From NCBI GenBank assembly GCA_030055465.1, contig JASFYF010000001.1, positions 764,526 to 828,525 of the forward strand: a stretch of DNA of 64,000 nt. The letters run 5' to 3'. Below, one piece after another: positions 19,136 to 30,194 of this stretch. The first letter of the stretch is position 1. The number at the start of each line of letters is the position of its first letter. The stretch is from Candidatus Nezhaarchaeota archaeon (lineage in GTDB: Archaea > Thermoproteota > Methanomethylicia > Nezhaarchaeales > WYZ-LMO8). The notes beneath the pieces were generated by a model. It was not told the origin of the DNA and searched no databases. It saw only the letters and a list, made by a program, of their open reading frames with translations. Position numbers and translations under genes: made by a program.

Positions 19136-19490
19136 GGAATCTTTAAGATCAATGGTATTAATCCTGGGAATAGGATTTGCTAAATGCTGTTAATTCTCTA
19201 TTGATACAATGTAATCCTGTATCAGGGCATAGAGATTATAGTAGCAGATTACATGTCATCTGACCGTACACCTCAAACGTTTGACGAATATTAAATGAGC
19301 CTTTAGACCTGAGCACCTATCGAAATCCTCGCTAATAAAACATTGATGCCATGAGCTTTAAGGTTCTGGATCCGCTTTACCATAAAAGTGCTGTGGAGTT
19401 TATTTATATAAACCTTGCAAACCATTCAGAAAGAACAGATATTTGCTAGGAACAAATTTAAGATCATATAATATGCATAATTCTGTTGTT

Positions 19491-21458
19491 ATGAAGCAAA
19501 GTATTTCAAAAATAACTTCGTTTTTATCTTTGCTTTTACCATTAATTATGCTCATTTATAGGGAGTCTGTAATAAGAGTTTTTGGAGCTGTGGTATCCTA
19601 CTTGATCATCTTTGCATTCGCCCTCCTCTTCTTATGGTCATTAATATATAATGTCATCAAGCCCGGCGAAGTTAAACGGATTTTTTGGAATGACTCTAAT
19701 GCTTTTTCAACTCTTTTGTTCCATCTTTATCCTTTTCTATGTATCATCTCGATCTCAACATGCGCCTTATTGGGCTCTCGGTCAATCCTTTTAGTTATCA
19801 TCTGTTTAGGACTTTCCCTATCATCTTTTTTGGCAGTACTTTTTAAAGCTGCAAATAATGCTATATTATTTGGCATTAATATTCTCTTCCTAACATTTAT
19901 ATTATCTGTGTATTTGTTTTTCCCCCCATCGCTTGGTAACGACACTTGGAGAGATATTGCTTGGGCTGAAGCTATAGATAAAGGCTTTAGTTGGCCAATG
20001 TTCACTGCGTACCCCTTTCCTATAATTCCCATATTGTACTCGGTATCATCTAAAATTATCGGCCTTTCAACCGTAGAAACAAGCGCTTTGATAGGTCTCG
20101 CTTATATAGAATTAGTGATCATCCTTGTTTTTGTTATAAGCCGTATATTGGCCAGATACGTCACTTTATCATCACCCATAATCGTACTTCTAACCATCTC
20201 AAACCCACTTATCACACTTTGGGTAGTGCACTTTATTCCACAAGCATATGCTGTGTTTCTTTTCTTATTTATCGTGTTGTTTACAGTTAAAGAACTTAAA
20301 GAAGGTCAAAGTATTTTAGTTTTGACGTTTCTTATAACCCTCGCTTTAGTCTTTAGTCATGCTGTTGCCAGCATTTTAACAGCGTTCATGCTCTTATGCG
20401 TATTAAGTGGCATGAAATTTCTCCAAATGGATAGAATTTCCAAAACAAATTATCAATATGTAAAGTCAACCGTCAAGCTTTTGCTCATAGTTTTTTTGGC
20501 TTATGCGGTGTTTACAACTTTAATTGAGGTTTTAGTTATGGGTGCGAAGAACATCTTAAGCACTCTTTCGAAGACTGTTATGGGCGTGAAGACTGTTATG
20601 GGCGTAGCGCCACTGCGTACCAACTTCATAAATACGGTGGAAAGTCCGCTATGTACAGCATTACTTAGTTATGGTTCGCTAGTCGTATGCACGGTAAGCG
20701 CATTCTTCGCGTGGCTTGAGAATAAACCTTCAAGGAGCATTACGGCAACCTTTGCAGAGGCGGGTTTTCTTTTAGGGTTTTCCTTATTAGCTACGGGCAT
20801 GCTTGGAATCATATATAATCCTGAGTTTGTTCTCGACAGATACTTAGGGTTGCAAGCGATTCTCATCCTAATTGTTTTATCAGTAAACGGCTTTAATACC
20901 TTATTAAGGAGAGGAAAGATTGGAAAAACTTTTGTTTTGGCTCTCGCTACTCTCTTAATAGCCTCAACAATTTATGGTGGCACATTCACTCCAGACCAAG
21001 GCTTCCTCAATAATTCGAACGTATACGCAGTGCATGCCCCAATAAACTGGAATGAAAAGACAAGCTTAGATTTAATAGTGTCGTACATCAAAGGTTTAAC
21101 GGTTTATGCAGATTGGAGAACTTCAGTCTTCCTAATATGGCTTTATGAATGTAAAAGCGAAGTTTCAGCCGTCGAAAGTATAGATGCACCATTTGGCTTT
21201 AGGTTCTATCCAGATGAAGTTTCAATTGTAAATCTTGGTGCTTATGATACTCAATTAAGTTTGCTTGAAAACGGATCAATAGGTATATCTTTCGGAAACA
21301 GCTTAGAGCCCATACATCCTAATAGCATATTCATATATAGGCGTTCTACGCTCACTAAACTTAATTCTCTGAAGAATTTAGATGAAACTCGCCTATACCA
21401 TAAGCTCATTGATTACAGAAAGGTCTACTGCGGGCCCGTAGAGATTTTTGTTCTTTAG
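19491..21458 (+). CDS. Polytopic membrane protein (DUF2206/GT-C/polymerase-like)
   Basis: Many TMs, GNDTWRD loop motif, YPFP, FSH, DRY; lies within the glycan cluster. Confidence 0.65.
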   Translation: MKQSISKITSFLSLLLPLIMLIYRESVIRVFGAVVSYLIIFAFALLFLWSLIYNVIKPGEVKRIFWNDSNAFSTLLFHLYPFLCIISISTCALLGSRSILLVIICLGLSLSSFLAVLFKAANNAILFGINILFLTFILSVYLFFPPSLGNDTWRDIAWAEAIDKGFSWPMFTAYPFPIIPILYSVSSKIIGLSTVETSALIGLAYIELVIILVFVISRILARYVTLSSPIIVLLTISNPLITLWVVHFIPQAYAVFLFLFIVLFTVKELKEGQSILVLTFLITLALVFSHAVASILTAFMLLCVLSGMKFLQMDRISKTNYQYVKSTVKLLLIVFLAYAVFTTLIEVLVMGAKNILSTLSKTVMGVKTVMGVAPLRTNFINTVESPLCTALLSYGSLVVCTVSAFFAWLENKPSRSITATFAEAGFLLGFSLLATGMLGIIYNPEFVLDRYLGLQAILILIVLSVNGFNTLLRRGKIGKTFVLALATLLIASTIYGGTFTPDQGFLNNSNVYAVHAPINWNEKTSLDLIVSYIKGLTVYADWRTSVFLIWLYECKSEVSAVESIDAPFGFRFYPDEVSIVNLGAYDTQLSLLENGSIGISFGNSLEPIHPNSIFIYRRSTLTKLNSLKNLDETRLYHKLIDYRKVYCGPVEIFVL

Positions 21459-21469
21459 GTGGCATATTA

Positions 21470-22585
21470 ATGAAGGTTGCTTTTGTGGTTGCCGGCCCTA
21501 TGTACCCTGATGCTGTAGGTGGCGCAGAGATATTCACGGGCATGATTGCCAAAAGCCTATCTAACCTAGGATCTGAGGTTCATATCGTAGCCTACGAGGG
21601 CGTTAAATTCCATAATAAGCGAGATAACAAAATCGTATGGCACGGCATAAAGATGAAGATGCCTTTCCTAGGAAGAACCTTAACTTTTGCAGTTAAAGCC
21701 CTCGGAGTGTTGCTGGGAATTAAGCCTGATGTATGTATTGCCAATATGGGGCACTCTGTTTTACCATGCCTGGCATATTCGCTTCTTGTCAAAAGGCCGA
21801 TTATGGTTAGAATGGCCGGCGGAGAATTTGTGGCAGCTTTTAAAAACAGGAATTTGGGACTATGGGCGAAGATATATTCAAGGTTTATGATCGAAATGTC
21901 AAGAAAATGCTACATAATAACCCTTAACAGAGATGCCTACTCAACTTTCCGACTAAAAAAGATCGGAAAGAAAATATTCTTGATCCCAAATCCAATTAAA
22001 GACGAGTTTTTTGAAGTTAAACCCAAACTAGATGGTTTTAACATAGTATACGTAGGAGGCTTAAAAGCAAGTAAGGGCCTTCATACACTCATAAAGGCCT
22101 TCGTAGAGGTGTCTGAGAAAAATCCCAATGCTAGACTCCTTCTAGTGGGCGACGGTCCGCTCAGAAAAACTTTAGAAGAAATGATACATAGGCTGAACTT
22201 AAAGGGTAAAGTGTTGATCACAGGATTTGTTCTAAATGATTATATTCCCAAAATTCTTGAAAAAGCCTCTGCCTTTGTTCTTCCATCACATTCGGAGGGA
22301 TTATCAAATTCATTGTTACAGGCGATGGCCGCCGGGCTTCCATGTATAGTTTCGAATATAGAGGAAAATAAATACATCATCATTGACGGCTATAATGGTC
22401 TTATATTTGAGCTAGGTCAACCTAAATCTTTAGCAGCTGCAATGACGCGTGTAATTACAGATAAAAAGTTTGCTTTAAAGATTGGATATAATGCTAGAAA
22501 TAGTGTTTTTAATCTCAGGATTTCGAATATAACAAAACTTTACATTCAAGCAATCTTTGACACCATTAAGGATTACAACAATTAA
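21470..22585 (+). CDS. GT4 glycosyltransferase
   Basis: GGAE, IPNPI, KGLHTLIKAF, VGDGP, EGLSNSLLQAMAAGLPCI. Confidence 0.92.
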   Translation: MKVAFVVAGPMYPDAVGGAEIFTGMIAKSLSNLGSEVHIVAYEGVKFHNKRDNKIVWHGIKMKMPFLGRTLTFAVKALGVLLGIKPDVCIANMGHSVLPCLAYSLLVKRPIMVRMAGGEFVAAFKNRNLGLWAKIYSRFMIEMSRKCYIITLNRDAYSTFRLKKIGKKIFLIPNPIKDEFFEVKPKLDGFNIVYVGGLKASKGLHTLIKAFVEVSEKNPNARLLLVGDGPLRKTLEEMIHRLNLKGKVLITGFVLNDYIPKILEKASAFVLPSHSEGLSNSLLQAMAAGLPCIVSNIEENKYIIIDGYNGLIFELGQPKSLAAAMTRVITDKKFALKIGYNARNSVFNLRISNITKLYIQAIFDTIKDYNN

Positions 22586-22625
22586 TTATGCTATCAAATT
22601 AGGATATAATCGGAGAACCTAGATA

Positions 22626-23813
22626 ATGATGGATGTTTGCCGAAAAATAATTTCTAATCTAGCTCTTTTGAAGGGTTATGGTACAACCTTCTTTAAAGAG
22701 TACAATAGGATAGCGAGCATTAAAGATAGGGCATCCCTTTCGACGTTGCAGTATAGATTATTGAAAGCCCTTGTCTCACGTGCATACATTACTGTGCCTT
22801 ACTATCATAGTGTTTTACGCGATGTTATTAGGGAAGGCTTCGAAACAGCAAGTCTGGAGAGGTTGCCCATTTTAACTAAGAATGTCATTAGAAAATATTG
22901 GAATGAACTTTTATCAAATGACATTAACTCAAGGAGATGGTACTATAACACGTCTGGAGGCTCAACCGGCGAACCTTTAAGACTAGTGCAGGATAACATA
23001 TATGACATGTGGGGTGCCATAGCCTACCTCTATTATTATAGAGTAATGCTGGGAGTGGATGAGCCCACCGTTAAGAAGGTTCTTCTCTGGGGCTCTGAGA
23101 GAGATATCTTCCGAGGAGGAAAATACTCATTGAAAGAATATGCCAAGAACAGGGTGATTATGAATACTGTTTTTCTAAATACTTTCAAAATGACAGTTGG
23201 GGATATGGAACGTTACGTCAGAATTATAAACAGTTTTAAGCCTGTGATAATAAGAGGCTATTTACTTCGTTTACTTAGAAGAGATGGTTTCAAAGTCTAT
23301 GGTATTGATGTCTCAACATACATCATTAATACGCTAATTCAGAAGCTCCAAAAGCACGGTATCCAATTAATATATGGCGACATTTCACGTCTGAATGTAA
23401 ACTGCAAGGGTATGTTTGATGCAGTTTTTGCATTAGACGTGTTGGAGCATATTCCGAACCTAGAGCAAGCTCTATTAAACATAAAAGATCTCTTAAAAAA
23501 AGATCTCTTAAAAAAAGGAGGGTTACTGATTGCAACTGTGCCAGTTGGAGAAAATCCCTTTGAGAGATTAGCAAAGTGTCCTAAATGCGGCCATATTTTC
23601 CATCCGTTCGGCTATGTTCACTTCTTTAAAAATATGAACGATTTAAAAGTTCTTTTAGATCATTATTATGAAATTATTGAATATGGTGTTGTTCCACCAT
23701 CCACCGTATCAGGGCGCGCGTCACTATTGATAAGAAGGCTTCTGAAAGTTCTACGAATAGAAAAGACTCAGAATGTGTCAACTCTATACCTAATAGCAAA
23801 AACTCGAGAATAA
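22626..23813 (+). CDS. In-frame chimera: CapK/phenylacetate-CoA-ligase-like N-half plus SAM methyltransferase C-half
   Basis: VPYY, LPILTK, TSGGSTGEP, FKPVIIRGY, then GYLLRLL..GFKVYGIDVS, FDAV, DVLEHI, GGLLIATVP, CPKCGH. Confidence 0.8.
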   Translation: MMDVCRKIISNLALLKGYGTTFFKEYNRIASIKDRASLSTLQYRLLKALVSRAYITVPYYHSVLRDVIREGFETASLERLPILTKNVIRKYWNELLSNDINSRRWYYNTSGGSTGEPLRLVQDNIYDMWGAIAYLYYYRVMLGVDEPTVKKVLLWGSERDIFRGGKYSLKEYAKNRVIMNTVFLNTFKMTVGDMERYVRIINSFKPVIIRGYLLRLLRRDGFKVYGIDVSTYIINTLIQKLQKHGIQLIYGDISRLNVNCKGMFDAVFALDVLEHIPNLEQALLNIKDLLKKDLLKKGGLLIATVPVGENPFERLAKCPKCGHIFHPFGYVHFFKNMNDLKVLLDHYYEIIEYGVVPPSTVSGRASLLIRRLLKVLRIEKTQNVSTLYLIAKTRE

Positions 23814-23820
23814 TGCGAGT

Positions 23821-24665
23821 GTGAAAATAGTGGTACAAGAACTTTATGACTTAAAGTTCGTTGATTCTCAGCAGAAAGCATTTGAGCGAATATTTTATGG
23901 CTCAAGTTCCTCTAAACGGGTATGCTTTATACTAAAATCCTTCTCAGAGTTTACAATAACAAAAGGAGAAGTACTTGATTTAGGATGTGGAGTGGGCACA
24001 TTTGCTATTCTATTATCTCAGAGAGGGTACTATTGTGTAGGTTTAGATATATCAAAGTACTCCATTAAACAATCCAGAGAAAATGCCAAAAGGCTTAATG
24101 TTGCTGCGAACGCCGAATTTGTTTTAGAAAGCTGCAGCAGTAATGTTTTCCGTGAAAACTCCTTTGATATTATTGTTGCTGCAGATATATTTGAACACCT
24201 GCCTTGGGATGTTTTTGTGAAGACCATTGTAAATTGCTTCTATTGGCTTTCGCCAGGGGGGTCCTGATAATCCATACTTTCCCAACGCTCTATTATCCCC
24301 TTCTACTTGGTAAAAGTGCCTTCTTAGTATTACCTATTCTCTTTCTTCCTTCACGTCTTATCCCTTTCTACTTAAATGTTATACTATACTATGTTCTTGA
24401 TCTCTTTTACGTGCTGGTGAAGGGAGTTAGATATAGGGAAATTATTGCTAAGAGCATACATTGTAATCCTCAAAATCCTCGCTATTTCAAAAATTTGATT
24501 GAAAAAGTTGGGTTCAAAATCATAAAGTATGTATTGCTGGAAGAACCATTAAGCGCATTGGAAGAAGACATGCCTAGGTATAAGTTTTGCAAACGCCTAT
24601 TAAAAAATGAAATTATCAAGCCTGGCGTGTTTGTAATAGCTCAAAAACCAAAAAGCAGGTGCTAA
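23821..24665 (+). pseudogene. Class I SAM methyltransferase split by a frameshift in a G6 run
   Basis: VLDLGCGVG...FEHL...WLSPGG continues in another frame as VLIIHTFP; run at 24256-24261. Confidence 0.8.
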
Positions 24666-24751
24666 TTTTGTAGCGTTCACATTGATGGTGTGATTTTTAT
24701 AGGCGAAATTGGTATGAGGAGAGTTGGACATTGTTCGGGAGTTAGAAAATT

Positions 24752-25250
24752 ATGAGCAGGATTTTAATTACTGGTTGTGCAGGTTTTATAGGTAGCAATC
24801 TTGCTGAAAAACTTATTGAAGGAGGTTACTATGTTGTAGGTGTTGATTGCTTTACTGATTACTATTCTTCCAAGCTTAAACAATTTAACTTGAATAGGCT
24901 TCTAGCTAACTCGCACTTTCAATTAATTAGACTCGATATTTCTGAGGCTTCGTTTAACCAGTTAACAGACATAGTTAGGCAGGTGGAGTACGTTGTTCAT
25001 GAGGCTGCCCAACCGGGCGTGAGGAAAAGCTGGGGGACAGATTTTAAGGATTATGTTCGCCACAACATAATAGCAACGCAAAAGCTCGTTGAGGCTGTCT
25101 CCAAAGCTGAAAGTGTTAAACGCTTCATATTTGCTTCTTCATCTAGCGTCTATGGTAATGTGGGAAATGTTCGATTAAGGGAGGATGCCCTGTCCAAACT
25201 GGCTTAACGGAGTCATAAAGCTGGCTGGTGAGAATTTGTGTTTATTAAGT
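24752..25250 (+). pseudogene. Truncated NAD-dependent epimerase (UDP-glucuronate epimerase-like)
   Basis: TGCAGFIG, HEAAQPGVR, ASSSSVYG; the YxxxK helix survives out of frame as GVIKLAGENLC after the stop; C-half missing. Confidence 0.85.
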
Positions 25251-25318
25251 TTCATAACAACGCCAGAACATCCTAAAAGTCGCAAAAAATTTATTTATGT
25301 TGCGGAAATTCAATAGAC

Positions 25319-26314
25319 ATGGACTATACCATTGGAATTGTTGGCGGTTCAGGTTTTGTTGGATATTCATTAGCAAAGTTTCTTTCCGAAAGCTTTCATA
25401 TTAAAATACTGGACATAAAGCAACCGTCGAATCAGCTAAGTGGGGATGTTGAGTATGTGCCATGTGATATTAGAAACTACGAGCATGCTAAATCATGTTT
25501 TAAAGATGTGGATCTGGTGATTCATGCTTCTATCGTGCAGATTCCCTTAATAAATGAGCAGAAAAGATTGGGCTATGAGGTTAATGTCGTTGGAACGCAG
25601 AACGTGTGCAGGGCTGTTGAGGAAAATGCGCGCATTAAAGGGATGATTCTTACTGGTTCATGGCACACTATAGGTGAGAGGGAGCTAAGAGGTATAATAG
25701 ATGAGGAGTTTGGATTTCGACCTGACAAAGTTGAGGAAAGGGCAAGGTTGTATGCGCTATCCAAAATCGCCCAAGAATCCATAGTGAGATTCTACGATGA
25801 AATGTCAGATAAGATATACGGAATAATAAGAATGGGAACAGTACTAGGTGAAAGTATGCCTGAAAAAACAGCTGCAAACATATTTATAGAGAAAGGGTTA
25901 AGAGGCGAAGCAATAACGCCCTTTAAGCACAGCATGTATAGGCCCATGCTGTACGTGGACATAGAAGACGTCTGCAGAGTTTATAAAAATTTTTCCACGA
26001 AAATTTTGAACGGCCAATTAGAAAAAGGAGAAAACAGCTTGAAACACATAGTCAATGCGTATTATCCAAAACCCATAACCATTCTGGAACTTGCTGAAAT
26101 AGTTAAAAGAGCAATAATAAAATTCTCAAACGGCAATATACAACCAAAAATAGAAATAATCGACACAGGTCAACCGACACTATTCACGAAGGATGACGTG
26201 AAGAAAATAAAAGTAGACATATCAAGATTAAAAAACTTCTTAGACATTAACGATATGAAAAGCCCAGAAGAGTCTATAAACAGAATAGTAAAACATAGAA
26301 TTCAAAAAATATAA
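25319..26314 (+). CDS. NAD-dependent epimerase/dehydratase family protein
   Basis: GGSGFVG, NVVGTQNV, YALSK, DIEDV. Confidence 0.88.
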   Translation: MDYTIGIVGGSGFVGYSLAKFLSESFHIKILDIKQPSNQLSGDVEYVPCDIRNYEHAKSCFKDVDLVIHASIVQIPLINEQKRLGYEVNVVGTQNVCRAVEENARIKGMILTGSWHTIGERELRGIIDEEFGFRPDKVEERARLYALSKIAQESIVRFYDEMSDKIYGIIRMGTVLGESMPEKTAANIFIEKGLRGEAITPFKHSMYRPMLYVDIEDVCRVYKNFSTKILNGQLEKGENSLKHIVNAYYPKPITILELAEIVKRAIIKFSNGNIQPKIEIIDTGQPTLFTKDDVKKIKVDISRLKNFLDINDMKSPEESINRIVKHRIQKI

Positions 26315-27132
26315 AAAAATGATAGAAGTGTGTATACGTGCAGATGAGAGACAGATCATCTTCGAATGCAACTTAAAATTCCACTGTAAATCTAAAAATT
26401 AACAAAATCTTTATTCATCGTCTTTACCTCAAAAAGAATGGTGCAACAATCAATCTCGAGAATAGAAAGCTAAAGCTATAACAAAATAGTCTTCTAACAA
26501 ACAGAGGCTTAATACCCCTAATAGGATTTTTTAAGAATACCTTCCGTTATGGGGTTAATCAAGCTGCTCATGTTTTATTCGAAGGAGAAAACAATGTTGT
26601 GGTAGTCTTCTAAAATCCGCAGAAACCAAGCCTAAAACTCAACGTTCAAATAGAGTGTGGCTTAGTGAATGCCAATAAGGCTAAATCCGGCGCAAACCGC
26701 TAAAATTCTAGCAACAAAACTTACTAAAGACTCAAGCTTTAGGGCAACAAGCATAAACACAATAAAGCTAGCAACAAAAAGAGAACAATAAGCAACTAAT
26801 CTCAAGAATTAGAAGAAAAAGCTACTAAAAAGTTAAACCAGCCATACTCAATAGAGAAGCACTAGGGGGATGGGGTATACATCTATTGGCTGAATCCTCC
26901 ATCAATAGATGTTACGCAATTTTAAAGAATCCAAGAAGCGCCAAAAATGATGCAGCCTAGAGGGGGAACCCTCGCCAGTTGGTTAAGGTTTCAGCCAATA
27001 AATTTGTTGAGCATAGGGTCAGCCTTCTCCGGCGGGAGGTTGAATCCTACACTAGAAAGCTTAGGAGTAGAGCATTAAAAAGCCTTGAAGAAATCTTCAA
27101 AATGGCCAGTAAAGCAGCGAAGGGGTTCTGAG

Positions 27133-28325
27133 TTAAGTAGGAATACATGGTGAATTGTTACCTTCATTTCTACTTAACTCTTCCCCTTCGATTATTTCAT
27201 TGGGGGCTTTCGGGGAGAACCCGATTCCCCACATCCTGAGGATGTTGATGCAAGCTATAAAATGTCTGTCTGCCTTAAATCCGCAACCTTTGCATTTAAA
27301 GACCTGCTCATTTGTCTTGGACAAACGCCCGCATCTTGGGCAGGTCTTGCTCGTGTTCTTAGCTGAAACGTAGTGTGTTTTGTAGCCATGCCACGCCATT
27401 TTGTATTCAATGAAGTCTTGGATTTTCCTGTAGGGTAGGGAGGAGACTTTTCTATTTTTACGCTTAGCGTATTTATTTCTCGTTGCGTTGTAGCTTAACC
27501 CCTTTAGTTTCTTGAGGATTGGGGTAACGCCGTTTTTAACGAATTCTCTAACGATTGCCGTGGTTACTTTGTGAAGGATGTCGTTGATCCTTCTTTTCTC
27601 ATGCTTAGAGTATTTCTCCATAAGCATCTTTGAAGTATTGGGCTTAAATTTGGACAAAGCTTGGATTTTCTACGCTTCTCAAAATAATGAACCCTTACGC
27701 TGTACAGTTTCTTAAGGTCGATTTTCCGATACCTTAACTCATCCTTTGCTTCAAGTATGTCTAAGCTCATTAGGTTAATGTCTACTGAACCGTAGCCACG
27801 GGGCTTTTTCTCTTCAACCTCTTTCTTGAAGGTTACAATCGCTCCATTGTTGAGTAACGTGATTTCCCCAACCTTTAACTTTCCCCCTCTCCATCCCTCA
27901 ACAAATTATCTTTGATAGGAGCCTATGACCAGCGGAACTTCGATCCAGCTGTAAGGTTTTGTTGTAACGACTATTTTATCTCCACTATTTTATCTCCTCT
28001 GAAACCGCATAAGTTCCTTCTGGAGTCTCATGGCTGAAGCTTTAAAGGTTGGAGGTTTATTGGAGTTGGCCTTTCCCCTCTTCACAAGCCTCTTCCAAGA
28101 ACGTATTATTCCACATGCTACCCTGCAAGCCGATATGCAATAGTGAGTTGCAAATCCATACTTCTGCTTGAAATGGTTGTAGAGCGCTCTCTCAAGCTTC
28201 ATTGGAGAGCTGATGTTGTTCTTTAAGGCATAAGCCATGCATTCGTTAACCATTTGATTGAAGACCTCAATCAGGGGCTTGACATCAGCATTATGCTTGA
28301 AGACCACCGCTTTAGCTGCTTCCAT
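27133..28325 (-). pseudogene. tnpB: TnpB, frameshifted and with lost RuvC residues
   Basis: THYCISAC, SVDIN, HKVT, IEYKMAWHG, TSKTCPRCG, CKGCG, ACINI; several frameshifts/stops; EDL motif reads KKL. Confidence 0.9.
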
Positions 28326-28500
28326 TCCTGCGCTCACCTCTTAGAATTTTCTCTATGTCGCTTTTGTAATAGCGTAGTTTTCCACTTGGAAGGCGGGCCG
28401 CTCTTATGAGTCCCTTCTTATACCATAGCCATAGAGTCTTGTTGCTAACTTTAAGGATGGTTCTGGCTTCCTTCGGTGTAATGAGTTCTTCGTATGACAT
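28312..28500 (-). CDS. MerR-like HTH protein matching the IS607 TnpA N-terminal domain, without a serine-recombinase domain
   Basis: ITPKEARTILKVSNKTLWLWYKKGLIRAARLPSGKLRYYKSDIEKIL; 62 aa; stop overlaps the tnpB start. Confidence 0.8.
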   Translation of the reverse strand: MSYEELITPKEARTILKVSNKTLWLWYKKGLIRAARLPSGKLRYYKSDIEKILRGERRNGSS

Positions 28501-28560
28501 CAAAGAAAATATTAGAAATGAGTTAATATTTAAGCCCGTCCATTCTGAAACTGCTGACAA

Positions 28561-28941
28561 CTGGCTAGAGACTTCATCCATAAGCTAACAACTTTTCTCT
28601 CCAGAGAATACGAAGGATACATACATGGCTTCGAAGACTTGGAGAGGAAGCGGATGTTTAACAGCTCGAAGAGACATAATGGGGAGGTTGCGAAGAGCCA
28701 CTGGAAGACCATACAGTCCTTTATGGCATATAAGTCGAAGACAATGCCTCTCAACCCGAAGAATACAAGCAAAAGATGCTCCAGATGTGGGATGATTAAT
28801 GCCCCGAAAGGAGCGAAATACGAATGCAGAGGATGCGGGTTGAGGATTGATAGGCAGCTCCTATGAACTCGCGAGGAGCCCTAAGCTAGTGAACCCCAAG
28901 AGCTACGCAAGTCTATCTAAGACTACGTAGCTCAGAACCCC
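28561..28941 (+). pseudogene. tnpB: 3' fragment of a second tnpB with its right end
   Basis: ARDFIHKLT...GFEDL...NTSKRCSRCG...CRGCGLRIDRQL; followed by CTCAGAACCCC. Confidence 0.85.
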
Positions 28942-29259
28942 ACGCTTACCCCCTCATAAATTCCTGAACAAGCCTAGTCTTACCAACCCTTCTACGACCG
29001 TAAAGGAGCACAAGCGCCGCCCTACCCCCTACATGAAGCGCCTCTAAAAGCTTCAACTCCCCCCGTCTATCGACAAATTGTACAATCATGATTGTAACAA
29101 TTACGATTGTAAAAATTAAGCTTTTACGCCTCTATCAGCCATTGATGAAACTTTAAAATGAGTTGTTAGGCGAAAGCCAAAAAAAAGGCCCATCGAAAAA
29201 CGCACTCCTATGGAATCCTATATAATCAACACATTCAATAAACCCCAAGCTAAGGATCA

Positions 29260-29694
29260 TTAATAATCCTTTATGTGCTTCACTATTTTGAGTTTCAGCA
29301 CTTTTTGGTTGTTTAAAAGCCTGTCGTCTGCAGTATACATGATGGCTCCTAAGCTTGAAGCCAACGTTATATATGCTGCATCATAAACTGTTACATTACT
29401 GTCTAGGCTTGTCTTTAAACTCTTTAAGGCAATGTTCAGATCTATCTCATGCAGCCTTATCTCCGAATTCGCTATGAGTTCCAAGGCTTTCTCCGCTACA
29501 TCCCTGCCTATAAAGCCCCTCAAGCAATACTTCCTTAGTGCGCTAGCAGCCTCTAAGAGAATGATGCTGGGCGCTTGAACATCAACATTACCATCCAGAA
29601 AGTCATCCCTTAGCTTTAAGGCATATTCAGCATAGTCCTCCGGTATAACCCATTTAATGATTACGCTTGCGTCCGCAACAACCTTATCGCTCAT
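29260..29694 (-). CDS. vapC: VapC PIN-domain toxin
   Basis: VVADASVIIKW, E, TVYDAAYI, TADDRL. Confidence 0.9.
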   Translation of the reverse strand: MSDKVVADASVIIKWVIPEDYAEYALKLRDDFLDGNVDVQAPSIILLEAASALRKYCLRGFIGRDVAEKALELIANSEIRLHEIDLNIALKSLKTSLDSNVTVYDAAYITLASSLGAIMYTADDRLLNNQKVLKLKIVKHIKDY

Positions 29695-29908
29695 CCCTAT
29701 CCTCCCTGACGAACTCGGCTGAAAGGTTACCCTTAACCTCTCTAATGCTTTCCCTAAGGCTATCCATATCCAACCGGAGCCTCTCAGCCCTCTTAACCCT
29801 TGCAAGCCTCTCCAGGAAAGCCCTAACCTCACTAGCATAATCTATTCCAAGCCTGTCAAGCTCCTCCTTAAGCCTCTTAGGAACCCTAAAACTCATGACT
29901 ACACTCAA
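29684..29908 (-). CDS. vapB: VapB-type RHH antitoxin
   Basis: VVMSFRVPKRLKEEL...SEVRAFLE...VREDR; overlaps the vapC start. Confidence 0.85.
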   Translation of the reverse strand: MSVVMSFRVPKRLKEELDRLGIDYASEVRAFLERLARVKRAERLRLDMDSLRESIREVKGNLSAEFVREDRDER

Positions 29909-30194
29909 CGTAAACACCAAAGACGTTGGGAACAGTAGACAAAATAAAGTTTACGCTTTTATATGACGAGGTTAAGGCTTTCGAGTGGATAGGCAAAAGC
30001 ATCGCTACTGGGTGTGAGGGAACTAAAGTTTCCTTGGAGAAAAGATAAAGCCTCATCCCAGCAACATCCCACGGACTGGGAAACACACCTACTAATGGGC
30101 ATACTACCATTCATACTATAGTCGGAAAACCCCTGCCAAACAGGAATAAAGCTTTTAATCTTTACTAAAATTTCCCCTATAGGGAAAAACTTTT

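Larger units (their letters stand above)
27123..28560 (-). mobile_element. IS607/IS200-605-superfamily element: HTH-only gene plus degraded tnpB
   Basis: MerR-like HTH ORF coupled to tnpB; right end near CTCAGAACCCC; boundaries approximate. Confidence 0.7.

Noticed and set aside
26320-27120. A-rich ORF-free stretch, possibly a decayed minus-strand membrane gene
   Set aside because: Too degenerate to assign any family by eye
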